64,000 nt of DNA from an uncultured Actinomycetota bacterium. Lineage in GTDB: Bacteria > Actinomycetota > Actinomycetes > JADGOV01. The notes under the pieces were generated by a model. The model did no database searches and was not told the origin of the DNA. It worked only from the letters and a program-made list of their open reading frames with translations. Positions 10,104 through 20,598 of this stretch are shown piece by piece. Position 1 is the stretch's first letter. Every line of letters starts with the position of its first letter. A program made the translations under genes and the position numbers. The stretch spans positions 190,746 through 254,745 of the forward strand of contig CAWFCZ010000006.1 of the NCBI GenBank assembly GCA_963814355.1, given 5' to 3'.

Positions 10104-10323
10104 GCGCAGGCCTCCTCGGCATCGTCGTCTTCGCTCCGGGTCGTCGTGTTCGGGCCTGCAGTGGCGGCGAGGTCGCTGGCGCGGAACGCGGTGGCCCAGA
10201 CGCGTTGGAAGTAGTCCTGCGGTTTGCGCAGGTCCATGTCGAGGGCCTGTTGAATCGTCCTGGATTTTCTGGAGGCTGCGGTTGGTTGGTTGCCTCGGTT
10301 GTTGGTCGGCTGGGTTGATTGTG

Positions 10324-10653
10324 TCAGGGCTGGAGAAGCTCCTCGATGGTGATGGGCTCGCCGCAGCAGGGGGAGTGCCCGCCGCTGCCGAGGCGACGCA
10401 TGAAGGTGCCGCAGTCTTCGCATCTTTGGGCGCCGAGGAGCCTGGTTTGGCACTCGGGGCATTCATAGATGGTGCCGGCCCGGCGGGATCGGGTGGGTGG
10501 GAGTTCGACGGCCGTCAGGGGCGGAGCGTGCCGCCGGCGCCAAGCGGCCTGGCGGCAGGCGTCGGAGCACCACTGCCGATTCCGGCCCGTGGGCAGCGGG
10601 GCGTCGCAGGCGCCGCAACGTGCCGTTACGATGTCGTTACGCGACGGGGTCAT
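10324..10653 (-). CDS. Small zinc-ribbon protein carried inside IS3 (stop/start overlap with orfB)
   Basis: CGAC...WCSDAC and YECPECQ..RCEDCG..GGHSPCCGEP cysteine pairs. The ATG overlaps the orfB stop (ATGA at 10650-10653). The ORF ends 73 bp before the IS3 terminus. Confidence 0.55.
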   Translation of the reverse strand: MTPSRNDIVTARCGACDAPLPTGRNRQWCSDACRQAAWRRRHAPPLTAVELPPTRSRRAGTIYECPECQTRLLGAQRCEDCGTFMRRLGSGGHSPCCGEPITIEELLQP

Positions 10654-11113
10654 CCGGCCTGCTCCTGGCCGGCCCGCCAGGCCAGTTCGTACTCGGCCGG
10701 GGGCAGATACCCGATCGAGGAGTGCAGCCTGGTCGAGTTGTACCAGTGCACCCAGGAGGCGGTCTCCCGTTCGACTTCGGCCCGCCCGGTCCAGGACCGT
10801 GCTCGGCGGTGGATCAGCTCGGTCTTGTACAACCCGATGGTCGACTCCATCAGGGCGTTGTCCAGGGCGTCGCCGACCGAGCCGATGGAGCCGGCGATCC
10901 CCGCTTCGACGAGCGCGTCGGTGAACGCGATCGACGTGTACTGCTCGGCATCGGAATGATGCACCAAGCCGGTTGCGGTGAACGGGAGTCGGCCCGGCGG
11001 CGGGTGAACAGCGCCTGCTCGAGGGTCGACATCACCAGCGGCGTCGTCTTGGAGCTACTCACCCGCCAGCCGAGGATCCGCCGGGAGAACACGTCGGTCA
11101 GCAGCGCCACATA
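10650..11113 (-). pseudogene. IS3 OrfB (DDE integrase core), C-terminal part, with an internal frameshift
   Basis: VALLTDVFSRRILGW... then HHSDAEQYTSIAFTDALVEAGIAGSIGSVGDALDNALMESTIGLYKTELI...YNSTRLHSSIGYLPPAEYE in a second frame. Confidence 0.75.
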
Positions 11114-12234
11114 CTAAGGAGAACGGAAGTAGGTCGACTGTCAGGCGGTGATGTAGGCGAGGTCGGGGTCTCCGAAGAAGCCGCGGACTAGGTGCGGCAT
11201 GCGCTGTAGCCGGCGGAGGGCGGCGATGACTTTGGAGGTGAACTCGTCGCGGGTTGTGACGCTGGTCCGTCCGACCCGGTCGTGTTTCACGTTCTTCCAG
11301 ACCCACTCGTCGGGGTTGAGCTGTGGGGAGTAGGCGGGGAGGATGAACAGCTTGAATCGGCCGCGGGTGGAGGCGACGAACGCTTTGACCGACTTGGCTT
11401 TGTGGGTGGGATGCCCGTCGACGATCAGGTACACGCCGCGGCCGGTGGCTCGTTCGGTGTCGGTGAGGAGTCTGGTGCAGAACTCGATGAACCGTTCGGC
11501 GGTGAACGACCCGGTGTAGGTGGCGAACCGCAGCAGACCTTGGCCGGTGACCGCGGAGATCATGTTCAGGCTGTGCCGGGCGCCGGTGGCCTTCACGATC
11601 GGGGTCCGCCCGACCGGCGCCCACGTCGTGCCGGCGTGGTAGTCCGATCGGATGCCGGCCTCGTCGGCGAAGTACACCGTGGCGCCTTCGGCTTTCGCCG
11701 CCGCCCGGATCGCCGGGAAGTCCTCGGTCTTCCACCGGGCCACCGCGTCGGGGTCGGCCTGCCAGGCCCGCCACAACGGCCGCTGCGGGGACAGCCCCAG
11801 CGTGCGGAGCAGTCGACCCACGCTGACCGCCGACAGCGACACCTTGAACTCGCGGCGGATCAGCTGCCGGACCAGATCCCGGGTCCACAACGCGAAGTCG
11901 AACTCCAGCTGCCGCGGATCGGACCCACAGACCAGCGTGTACACCCGGCGCATCTGCTCACCGCTCAGCTTCGGCGGGCGGCCCGGCACCGGCCTGGCCG
12001 CCAGCGCCCCCCGGCCACCCTCGCGGGCCTTCGCCAGCCAGCCGTACACCGTCTTACGGTGCATCCCCAGCGTCGCCGCCACATCTTTCGGATGCTGACC
12101 GGCCGCTACCGCGTCCACCGCCCGCAGCCGCAACTGCTCCAACGTCACATGATCAAGCTTCCGGCCATCGTTCTCGCGCACATCTCATTATCCCAGAAAC
12201 ACACCGCAAGTCGACTTACTTACGCTCGTGTTGG
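11114..12234 (-). mobile_element. IS630-family element inserted in IS3 orfB, with a TA target duplication
   Basis: Imperfect inverted repeats (GTCGACCTACTTCCGTTCTCC / GTCGACTTACTTACGCTCGTG). TA occurs at 11112-11113 and 12235-12236. Removing the element restores TTC TGC TAT GTG GCG (FCYVA) in orfB. Confidence 0.85.
11141..12181 (-). CDS. IS630-family transposase
   Basis: 346 aa and intact. HTH N-terminus and the DDE region ...VYFADEAGIRSD...LIVDGHPTHKA...LPAYSPQLNPDEWVW. Confidence 0.9.
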   Translation of the reverse strand: MRENDGRKLDHVTLEQLRLRAVDAVAAGQHPKDVAATLGMHRKTVYGWLAKAREGGRGALAARPVPGRPPKLSGEQMRRVYTLVCGSDPRQLEFDFALWTRDLVRQLIRREFKVSLSAVSVGRLLRTLGLSPQRPLWRAWQADPDAVARWKTEDFPAIRAAAKAEGATVYFADEAGIRSDYHAGTTWAPVGRTPIVKATGARHSLNMISAVTGQGLLRFATYTGSFTAERFIEFCTRLLTDTERATGRGVYLIVDGHPTHKAKSVKAFVASTRGRFKLFILPAYSPQLNPDEWVWKNVKHDRVGRTSVTTRDEFTSKVIAALRRLQRMPHLVRGFFGDPDLAYITA

Positions 12235-12692
12235 TAGCAGAACCCGGCGAGCGTCCAGACGTAGGTGACCTCCGCGACCCACCACTGGTCCGGCCGGGTT
12301 GGGGTGTCCCAGGCCCGGTCGAGAAGGTCCGGGTGCCGCGGCACCCGCTCGTCGCCGCGCCTGGTCGTGGTCGTGGTGTGCTCACCGCGTACGACGCCGG
12401 CGATGCCGGCGATCTTCATCAGCCTGGCGACCTGATCGCGGCCGACGTCATGCCCGGCGCGGCGCATCTCCCGCCACAGCTTGCGCACCCCGTAAACACT
12501 GCGGTTCACCCGGTACAGGTCCACCACAGCGTCGACGAGGTAGGCGGCGGCGAGTTCCGCCGCCGACACCCGGGTCTTCACCGCGGCGTAGTAGGTACTG
12601 GGGGCGATCTGCATGCCGTGCTCGGTCAGCACCCGGCAGATCGGCTCGACCCCGAAGCGGGCCCGGTAACCGTCGATGTAGGCGACGATCAC
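12235..12692 (-). pseudogene. IS3 OrfB, N-terminal part (upstream of the IS630 insertion)
   Basis: IVAYIDGYRARFGVEPICRVL...YGVRKLWREMRRAGHDVGRDQVARLMK...WVAEVTYVWTLAGFCY, then the IS630 end. Confidence 0.8.
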
Positions 12693-13012
12693 TTGAGTCG
12701 GCGGTCGAGCTCCGCCTGAGCGAAAAACGCCGACGCTGTCTTGAGGATCTCATTCGCCCGACGCAACTCCGAGACCTCACGACGCAGCGCTTTCAACTCC
12801 GCTGACTCCTCACTCGTCACCCCCGCACGAGCACCACTGTCGACCTCCTCCCGCTCGATCCAGTTCCGCAGCGTGGCCTGGTTGATGTCCAGTACCGCCC
12901 CGACCTGACGGCGGGCGGCCACCATCGACTCACCACGGTCGCGGAGCCGGTCCTGATACATCCGCACCGCTGGGGCGCGGGTCTCCCCGTCGTACTTCCT
13001 TGATGCAGGCAT
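12689..13012 (-). CDS. IS3 OrfA (HTH/leucine-zipper protein)
   Basis: MPASRKYDGETRAPAVRMY...LKALRREVSELRRANEILKTASAFFAQAELD. Overlaps the orfB start. A near-identical copy lies at 53673-54005. Confidence 0.85.
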   Translation of the reverse strand: MPASRKYDGETRAPAVRMYQDRLRDRGESMVAARRQVGAVLDINQATLRNWIEREEVDSGARAGVTSEESAELKALRREVSELRRANEILKTASAFFAQAELDRRLK

Positions 13013-13072
13013 CCCAGCAGTCTCCTTGCTGAATCAGAGCCTCCACCAGATCCAGGACGGTTCAGTCGTTCA

Positions 13073-13766
13073 GTCGTGGCGGATGCGGGCCCGGCACCGC
13101 CTGCATGAGCCGGAACGTCCGGTCGAGCGGGCCAGTGACATTGACATCGTCGCCGTGCTGCACGCCTGCCGTTCGGCGCGGGACCGGCTGATCGTGTTGC
13201 TGATGGCCCGGGCCGGGTTGCGCCGCGGCGAGGTGTGCGGGCTGCGTCGTAGCGACGTGCACCTGCTCGCCGACTCCGGAGCGTTGGGTTGCGGGGTCGC
13301 TCGGGCGCATCTGCATGTGCTGCGTCGTGAGGGCAATCCGAACGGGGCGTGGGCGAAGTCGCGCCGGCAGCGCAGCGTGCCGTTGGACGTCCTCACCGTG
13401 CAGGCATTCGACACCTACGTGTTCGAGCGGATGAGTGTGCCGCAGGCTGCGGACGGTGATTTCGTGCTGGTGAACCTGTTCCGGGCTCCGCTCGGTGCGC
13501 CGATGCGCCCGGACGCGATCGGTGAGCTGCTCGCCGGTGCCTCGCGACGGGCCGGGCTGGCGCAGGCGTTGCGTCCGCACCAACTGCGGCACGCCTTCGG
13601 TAGCAACGCCGCTGATGCCGGCTGCGGTCTCGACGTGGTCGCCGACCTGCTCGGTCACGCCTCGGTGTCCTCCTCTCAGGTGTATCTGCATCCGGACCCG
13701 GCGCGGCTGCGGGCCGCGGTGGACCTGGTGCCCGGCCCGCGCGAGCAGGCCGGGGTGCCCCGGTGA
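13073..13766 (+). pseudogene. TnpA-like tyrosine recombinase, 5'-truncated
   Basis: Identical to the C-terminal 230 aa of 31430-32602 (ARAGLRRGEVCGL...HQLRHAFGS...LLGHASVSSSQVY). Confidence 0.8.
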
Positions 13767-16215
13767 GCGGCGCCGCGTCGGCCGCGACGACACGATCCGC
13801 GGCCGCGGCCGCGGTTGTCTTCGACCACGTGCTGGCCGGGGTGGGATTGGACGGTCCGGCCGCGCGCCTGGCTGGCCTGCTCGAGTGTGGGTTTCTCATC
13901 GAGGCCGGCTGGGACCCGGTGACGCGGGTGCTGTCGCTGCCGGCCGCGCATCCGTTGCTGGGCCGGCCGCTGTGTCGGGTGGGCGGCTGTTCGACGACCA
14001 TGCATGGCAGGACCGGCGGGCTGTGCTGGCACTGCTTCACCCGGTTGGGTGCGCAGGGTCTGAGCGAGCAGCAGATCGCGGCGTCACCCGAGCTGCCATC
14101 GTTGCCGACGCGTCGACCGGCCGGCTGTGCGGTGCCCGGTTGTGAGCGCATGTCACCGATCCCGCGCTCGACATTGTGCGTGCCGCATCAGCGCCGGCTG
14201 CGTCGCACAGCGGGTGTCTCGCTGGAGCAGTTCCTTACCGACCCGCGGCTGCGTCCGCTGCCCGCGCTGGGACCCTGCCGGGTCGCCGCTTGCAGCCGCC
14301 GCGCCGAATCCGAACATGGCTACTGCGCGACCCATTACGTGCGGTGGCGCACCACGGTCACCACCGATCCCGTTGCCGACCAGCGGCACTGGCAGCTGAC
14401 CCAGCCGGCGGTCTCGCAGGGCGGTGAAGTGAGCCTGCGCGGATTGGCGCCGTTGGTGGTGGTCGAGGTGTTGTTCGGCGTTCAGCAGCGGGTCCGCGGC
14501 GGCGCGCAGATCGTTGAGGTGCCGCTGCGGGCGGTCTGCAACATGCTGCGCCGTGAGCAGGCGACCCAGATCGCGGCGTGCCCGGCCGAGCGCGTGACAG
14601 CGGGCAAGCCGGCCCGGCAGTTGCTGACCGCGTTCGTCTGCGATGTCCGCCGCGCGCTGGCCGATCCCGGTCGTGAGCGGGCCGGCGACAGCTGGGATCT
14701 GGCTCTGTTCGGTCACCGCGGGCGGCTGTCGTTCACCGGTATCAGCCAGCCCTGGCTGGCGTACGCCGCCAAAGCGTGGGCGGGTGAGCAACTGCCACGC
14801 CATCGCGGCGCCGGGGCCAGCAACGTGCGGATCAAGGTCAATGCGGTGGCCCGGTTGTCGGAAAGCCTGCGGGTTCGCGACGACCACGGACTATCACCCG
14901 ACCGGCTGGACCGGCCCCGATATCGAGGCGTTCCTCAACCGGCTGGCCTACCTGGAGTCCACGGGCACGATCAGCCGCTACCACCGCAACGTCATCTGCC
15001 GCGGCGTTCGGGCCGCGCTGTCCGGGATCCGCGCCCTGGGCCTGACCCGGCCCGGTCGGGTCGCCGCCGGGCTGCCCGGCGACTTCGCGATCGGGCGTGA
15101 CGACATCCCCGCCGAAGCGCACCGCGGCGAACCCGGCCGCGACCTCCCGCCGGAGATCATGACGGTGTTGTGCGCGAACCTGGACGGCCTGCGGCCGGCC
15201 GAACTCAAGGCCGCGATCCAGATCGGCATCGACACCGGCCGGCGCCCCGAAGACCTCCTCAACCTGCCGCTGGACTGCCTCCACCGTGACAAAGACGGCG
15301 GGCCCGTGTTGGTCTATGACAACGCCAAAGCCGACCGGCTCGGGCGCCGTCTGCCGATCAACGAGGCGACCGCCGCGGTGATCACCGCCCAGCAGTCGCG
15401 TGTGAAGCAACGCTTCCCCGCCACCCCGGCCGGTGAGCTGAAACTGCTGCCCTCGCCACGGCGAAACCCTGAACGGGAACCGGCGATGGGTCGACACGTT
15501 GGGTCCGCTGCATAGCCGTGACGGCGCCGAGTTCGACAAGTCCAAGATCGTCCCGTACGCCTATCGGCATAGCTACGCCCAGCGCCACGCTGATGCCGGC
15601 GTCGGGATCGACGTACTCGCCGAACTCCTCGATCATCGCAATTTGAACGTCACCCGGGGGTACTACCGGGTCGGGGAAGACCGGCGCCGCGCCGCCGTGG
15701 ACACGGTGACCGCGATGAGTTTCGACCGCCACGGCAACCGGGTCTGGCGCGAGGCCGCCGCCCTGTTGGACTCCGAACACGCCCGCTACGCCGTCGGCGA
15801 AGTCGCCGTCCCCTACGGACGCTGCACCGAGCCGTCCAACGTCGCCGCCGGGGGCGGCGCCTGCCCGGTCCGGTTCCGCTGCGCCGGCTGCGACCACTTC
15901 CGCACCGACGTGTCCTACCTGCCCGACCTCACCCTCTACCTCGACGACCTGCTGCAAACCCGTGAACGTCTGGCCGCCGCCATCGACGGCGTCGACGAGT
16001 GGGCCCGCGCCGACGCCACCCCCAGCCAGCAGGAGATCACCCGGATCCGGCGGCTCATCGGCCGCATCGACGGAGATCTCGGCCACGCCAGTGACACCGA
16101 ACGCGCCGTCATCGACGAGGCAGTCACCGTGATGCGCCGCCACCGCGCCGCATTCCTCGGCATGCCCAGCACCCGGGCGACCGCGCCCGACGCCTGTCCG
16201 GAGGCCACCGCATGA
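13763..16215 (+). pseudogene. TnpB-like large tyrosine recombinase with two frameshifts
   Basis: Three ORF pieces (13763-15100, 14643-15515, 15499-16215) are colinear with the intact 825-aa homologue at 34316-36793. Shared features are the Cys modules, YAYRHSYAQRHADAG and CPVRFRCAGCDHF. Confidence 0.75.
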
Positions 16216-16781
16216 CCAGCAACGCTCCCGCCGCCGAGCACAGCGAGCGCGCCACAGCAATGCGACAAGGCCGGCAAGCCGATTCCACGCGGCGACGCCA
16301 ACGCGTCCTCGCCGCGCTCAACCGCGCCGCCACCGACGGGACCGAGATCAGCGCCGCGAGCATCGCCCGTGCCGCCGGGGTCGATCGCAGTTTCCTCTAC
16401 CGCCACCGCGACCTGCTCGCCCAGATCCACGCCCTGGAGGCAACCCCACCGCCGGCCGGGACCGGCCAGGGGCCCGGCGTCACCCGCGCCTCGCTGCACG
16501 CCGACCTGCTCGCCGCCGGCGAACGAGCCGTCCGGCTGACCAGCCGGATCCGGCAACTGGAAACCCGCCTGTCCGAGACGCTCGGCGAGCAGGCCTGGCG
16601 CGAGTCCGGGCTCGGCGTCCCCGCCGACCTCGACGCCCTCAACCAGAAGATCAACAACCTCGAGCAGCAGAGCATCGACCTGCGCCTGCAACTCGTCGAA
16701 CGCGATCAGGACCTCGCGGCCGCACGCGCCGCCAACCGCGAGCTCATGGCCCAACTCAACACCCCGGCGCGACACCGGTAA
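16212..16781 (+). CDS. TnpC-like coiled-coil protein
   Basis: 189 aa. Start overlaps the tnpB stop. ISAASIARAAGVDRSFLYRHRD followed by a long coiled-coil-like tail. Confidence 0.7.
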   Translation: MTSNAPAAEHSERATAMRQGRQADSTRRRQRVLAALNRAATDGTEISAASIARAAGVDRSFLYRHRDLLAQIHALEATPPPAGTGQGPGVTRASLHADLLAAGERAVRLTSRIRQLETRLSETLGEQAWRESGLGVPADLDALNQKINNLEQQSIDLRLQLVERDQDLAAARAANRELMAQLNTPARHR

Positions 16782-16900
16782 CTCCCGGCGGGTCGTTCTT
16801 GCACCACACCTGTCGCGCACGCTATCGTTCCACGATCAGCTTATGAGCAAAGGGAAAGCTCCCGAGTCGCAGCCCCATACGCAAGCTGACCCCTGGAGAA

Positions 16901-17271
16901 CACGCCCGGCTCGGTCACCCACGGCCGGTGCACCCGCACCCGCCCCGCCCGATACGCCCGCCGCACCTGCAGCACCGCCCGGCGGTCGACCGCTCCGAAC
17001 CGGCATAACCCAACCCCAGCAGCTTCTCGTGCACCACATCAGCGCGGATCCGCCCGTTCGAGCGGTCCATCCACTCCTCCACCTTCGGGAGGAACCCGTC
17101 GACCAACCTCGGCCGGGCAGCCGGACGCGGCGGCGGCCCACCAGCCTCCCGCTCGGCGACATAACGGGCCACGGTGTGATGCGAACAGCCGGCCAGCTCG
17201 GCGGTGGTCCGCAACGACCCGGTCAAATCGAACGCTTCCAATATCTCCATGATCTCCCCTGCAGACTTCAC
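16901..17271 (-). pseudogene. istA: IS21-family IstA, N-terminal HTH fragment cut by element X
   Basis: MEILEAFDLTGSLRTTAELAGCSHHTVARYV...LPKVEEWMDRSNGRIRADVVHEKLLGLGY. In a second frame ...RVRVHRPWVTEPGV abuts the X terminus at 16900. Confidence 0.65.
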
Positions 17272-17368
17272 GGTGTCCCTTCTCGGATGCGCGGCGACTC
17301 AGCACCGCAAGCGCACCCGAGAAGGGGCCCCAACCGCAGGGCCTCGGCATTCTTGATCTGCCCGTTAT

Positions 17369-18619
17369 CTAACTCGTGTTGATCTTGACTTGTAGCAGCA
17401 GCGGTAAGACGCGGCTGGGATGTCGGGATACGTGGCGGGTCGCGGCGGCGATGTTGGTCGCGCCGTGATGACGGTGGACGCTGATGGCGAGGTTACGCAG
17501 GGAGGCCATCACTGCTGGGCCGTGTCCGGTGCGGATCTGCGAGCTGTCTTCGGCGAAGGTGACGTCGCGGACCCAGTGCAGCCGGTTTTCGATGTGCCAG
17601 TGTCCGCGGGCGATGTCGGCGAACTCGTCGGGGCGGATCTGGCTCTGGTCGAGGTCACTGATCGCGTAGACGGTCTCGGTCTTCCACCGTTTGCCGGTCA
17701 GTGGCCGTCGGCGGCGGGTGATCTGGATCGCGGTGGTCGCGTGCGGGAACCCGAGGCCGGCCGACACGGCAGTGATCTTCGCGATGCGTGTCTCGGCTCG
17801 GCCGTGGCCCTTGCCGCGGACGATGTCGAGGGCCGGGACTTCACGCCACGGCAGTGCCCGGAGTTGGGCGTGGAGCTTGGGCTGGTTCGCCTTCACAGTC
17901 AACAGGTAGTGCGCGCCGCGGCCGATCAGGTACTCGGCGTGCTGACGCTGAGTGTGCAGCGCGTCGGCGGTGACGATCGTGTCGGTGATGTCGATGCCGT
18001 CCAGCAGCGGCGCGAACTCGGTGATCTCGTTGGTCTTGCCGTCCACGACACGCTGGCCCAGCACCACCCCGCCGGCGTGTTCGAGCGCGGCGAGCAGGTG
18101 CACCGCACGGCCATCACCGACCCGGGCGCCACGGGCGGTCTTGCCGTCGATCGCGATCGCCCGCCACCGCCGCCCCGGCCAGTTCGACGGCTCGGCCGTC
18201 CCCGCGCGAGAGGCGAGCCAGCTACAGATCGTGCGGTCCAGCAGGTGCGGATCGATGGCCTGCAGCACCCGCCGAAACGCCGACTCGCTCGGCGGATCGC
18301 GTTCGATCCCCAGCCGCTCGCGCACGCCGGCGGGCAGATCGTGCGCCCACTCGGCGATCGCCACGTAGGAGCGGGCGCCGGCCAGCACCGCGCACACCGC
18401 AGGCCCCAGCACCGCGACCAATGGATGCCGCACGCCACGCCGACACCGCGGATCCGTGATCGCCCGCAACGCTGCCAGCAGGTCAGCAGGGACGTCCTCA
18501 CCAGCGAACACCTCGCAGTCGGCACTGCGCGTGGCGGTAGAGCAGATCAGCGACAATGCAGATGCGGGCACGGCACACGCTCCGAGGATCACGATGGCGT
18601 AAAGACCCTTCATGATCAC
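17369..18619 (-). CDS. ISAs1-family transposase
   Basis: ITDPRCRRGVRHPL..VLAGARSY.AIAEWA...IAIDGKTARG...VVDGKTNEITEF..LL...TADALHTQR.HA.YL...GAHYLLTVKANQP. The true start is probably downstream of 18619. Confidence 0.85.
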   Translation of the reverse strand: MIMKGLYAIVILGACAVPASALSLICSTATRSADCEVFAGEDVPADLLAALRAITDPRCRRGVRHPLVAVLGPAVCAVLAGARSYVAIAEWAHDLPAGVRERLGIERDPPSESAFRRVLQAIDPHLLDRTICSWLASRAGTAEPSNWPGRRWRAIAIDGKTARGARVGDGRAVHLLAALEHAGGVVLGQRVVDGKTNEITEFAPLLDGIDITDTIVTADALHTQRQHAEYLIGRGAHYLLTVKANQPKLHAQLRALPWREVPALDIVRGKGHGRAETRIAKITAVSAGLGFPHATTAIQITRRRRPLTGKRWKTETVYAISDLDQSQIRPDEFADIARGHWHIENRLHWVRDVTFAEDSSQIRTGHGPAVMASLRNLAISVHRHHGATNIAAATRHVSRHPSRVLPLLLQVKINTS

Positions 18620-18909
18620 CAGCGGTGCCGTGTCCGCCCGGCTACTACACCATCACCGGCGTGTCACCCACCGACACGCCCAAGATCACGACTTTGCCGA
18701 CCCCCTGGCCCCAACCGCGGCAAGCGGCGGAGCAGACGACGTCGTGTCAGGCAGATCCCGCGGCCGCCAGCGGGCAATTCTCATGGCCGCCAGCGGGCAC
18801 TTCCATGGCCGTCTCCGGGCAGGATCTCGTGTCCGCTGCCAGGTAGTGAGTTCGGCGAGCGACACCACCACGCACCGACCTGCCGGTGGGCGGCGGAGCC
18901 GGCACCAAG

Positions 18910-20301
18910 TCAGCGCCTGCCCCAGGGAATTGCGGACGCCTCGAGTGAGGGCTTGCTCACTCGGGGTCCTGACACGCTCCTCACGCGGAAGTAGTAAGTG
19001 ATGCCAGCAGTGAGCCTAGAAACGATCATGCTGGTCCCAGCCGTCGTCGATGTCACGGTCCAAGTGCGACTCATCGCTGCAGGCGGCTGAGTGGACCACT
19101 CCGCACGGTAAGCGGAAACGCTTCCAGAGCCGACCGGCGTCCAAGTCAACGTCGCGGCTCGTCGCATGGCCTGAGCGGCGAGTCCGGAAGGCGCAGCGGG
19201 GGCCGGCGTACCGCCGAACGGATTCGGCGCGGCCATCTCTGTGACGAACGTCGACCACGCTGGCTTCGCAGACCAGCCGTTCCTTAACAGGCCGAAATTC
19301 TGCTCGAGATCCGCCGCATCGCTGCCGGTGTCCCGGAGCATATAGGTGAAGAACGGACCGGCGAACGACCACGTAGCAAAAGTATCGTACTGCGCCCGGA
19401 TGTAATCCGATTGCTCTTGTTCAGTGTTCGCCCGTGCTGACGTGCCTGTTGGAAATCCGGACTCCGTCAACCACACTTTCTTCGCGTCGTCGCCGTGGTC
19501 AGCCATGATCTGATGAACCATGGGCGTTTGCTGGAAGGTGTTCCACCCGGAGCTGCCGGGTGTTAGCGGGCTGTAAGGGAACGAGTAAGGGTGCAAGCCC
19601 ACGGCGTCGAAGAACCCTTTCGCGCCGAGAGCGTACATCTGCCGCACAAACGTCATGGGTGCGATCTGCGACCCGTCCGCAGCATCCAGCGCCGGAGACA
19701 AGCCTCCTGATATGACCGTGGCGTTCGCATCCGCGGAATGTATGGCCTTGTAGGCACCCGCGAGTAGGTCCACGTACCCGGAGACGCTAGGCCGAGGGGC
19801 CCAGAAGTTCGAGATGTTCGGTTCGTTCCATACTTCCCAAGAGTGCACGCCGCGCAACGCGTAACGCGCAGCGGCGGCTCCTACAAAGGCGGCGAAAGCG
19901 GCCGGATCGGTGGGCGCAGTCTTGTCCGTCGTGCCAGTGGGCCGCGCCCACGCAGGGGTATATGCCGGAAGCGCCAGGATTTCTAGCCCGTGGTTGCTTG
20001 CCGCCGTAACAACACGGTCGATGGCGGACCAGTCGAAAGTGCCCTTGTTCCGTTCGACGACGCTCCAAGGAAAGTCAAGTCGCAACCATTTGGCACCGCT
20101 TCGAAACATAAGGTCGAGGTCCTGACTAAGGGATGAGTCGTTCTCCCAGAGAAAGTTCCCACCGGGTGAGAACCCGGCACGGGATCCAATCGAGTCGCTT
20201 GACTCCTGCGCTGCGACGTGTACAACCGGTCCGAGGGACAGGGCCGTGCAAGCGAGAGTGGCGGCCACGATACTGCAGAGGCGAGAAGGCAAGGCGCGCA
20301 T
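18910..20301 (-). CDS. Secreted glycoside hydrolase (paralogue of 5961-7130) with a C-terminal fibronectin-III-like domain
   Basis: Signal-like N-terminus, WEVWNEPN and WLTESGFP motifs, and a C-terminal tail ...LTWTPV...YRAEW...ITYYFRVRS. Confidence 0.7.
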   Translation of the reverse strand: MRALPSRLCSIVAATLACTALSLGPVVHVAAQESSDSIGSRAGFSPGGNFLWENDSSLSQDLDLMFRSGAKWLRLDFPWSVVERNKGTFDWSAIDRVVTAASNHGLEILALPAYTPAWARPTGTTDKTAPTDPAAFAAFVGAAAARYALRGVHSWEVWNEPNISNFWAPRPSVSGYVDLLAGAYKAIHSADANATVISGGLSPALDAADGSQIAPMTFVRQMYALGAKGFFDAVGLHPYSFPYSPLTPGSSGWNTFQQTPMVHQIMADHGDDAKKVWLTESGFPTGTSARANTEQEQSDYIRAQYDTFATWSFAGPFFTYMLRDTGSDAADLEQNFGLLRNGWSAKPAWSTFVTEMAAPNPFGGTPAPAAPSGLAAQAMRRAATLTWTPVGSGSVSAYRAEWSTQPPAAMSRTWTVTSTTAGTSMIVSRLTAGITYYFRVRSVSGPRVSKPSLEASAIPWGRR

Positions 20302-20598
20302 GGCGTGGACCCTTCAGCACACCCGACACTGAAGCGTCGAATCATGCGGTCGGTCGGTAGCGGACGCTTGAGTCATCGGGCCTTGCGGAGTCGTCTAAAG
20401 TGCGCATCCGGGTGAACGGGCCGAGGCGCCCCCAGGCATGCGGTGGATGCTCCGCTACAACGGTTCGATGGGCCCCTTCGGTGCCGAAGCCCCCGGTCGG
20501 CCACTTGTCACTGGTTTGCGCCTGAGTTAGCGATACAGATCGATCTTGGTATCAGACAACATCTCGTGGGGTCGTCGACTCAACGAGGAGGATCGATC

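Larger units (their letters stand above)
10251..13064 (-). mobile_element. IS3-family element, copy 1, carrying a nested IS630 element
   Basis: The termini TGAATCGTCCTGGATTTTCTGGAGGCT (10251-) and the reverse complement of 13064 (TGAACCGTCCTGGATCTGGTGGAGGCT) form the inverted repeats. It holds orfA, orfB and a small zinc-ribbon ORF. No matching target duplication is visible. Confidence 0.8.
13073..16900 (+). mobile_element. Tn554-like tyrosine-recombinase transposon X (5'-truncated copy of Y)
   Basis: All reported ORF translations equal those of 28296-32123 on the other strand. It ends with AGCTGACCCCTGGAGAA at 16900 inside an IS21 istA remnant. Its first ~620 bp are replaced by IS3. Confidence 0.75.

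Noticed and set aside
9462-10466. The 334-aa ORF as a single protein.
   Set aside because: Only the last 214 aa (from ATG 10103) match the TnpC-like family. The upstream part crosses the IS3 terminus at 10251 and overlaps the zinc-ribbon ORF.
13061-13076. Tandem TTCAGTCG-TTCAGTCG at the IS3/X junction, considered as a possible target duplication.
   Set aside because: The other IS3 end (10251) has an unrelated flank. The 8-bp filler looks like a junction microduplication from a rearrangement, not a transposition footprint.
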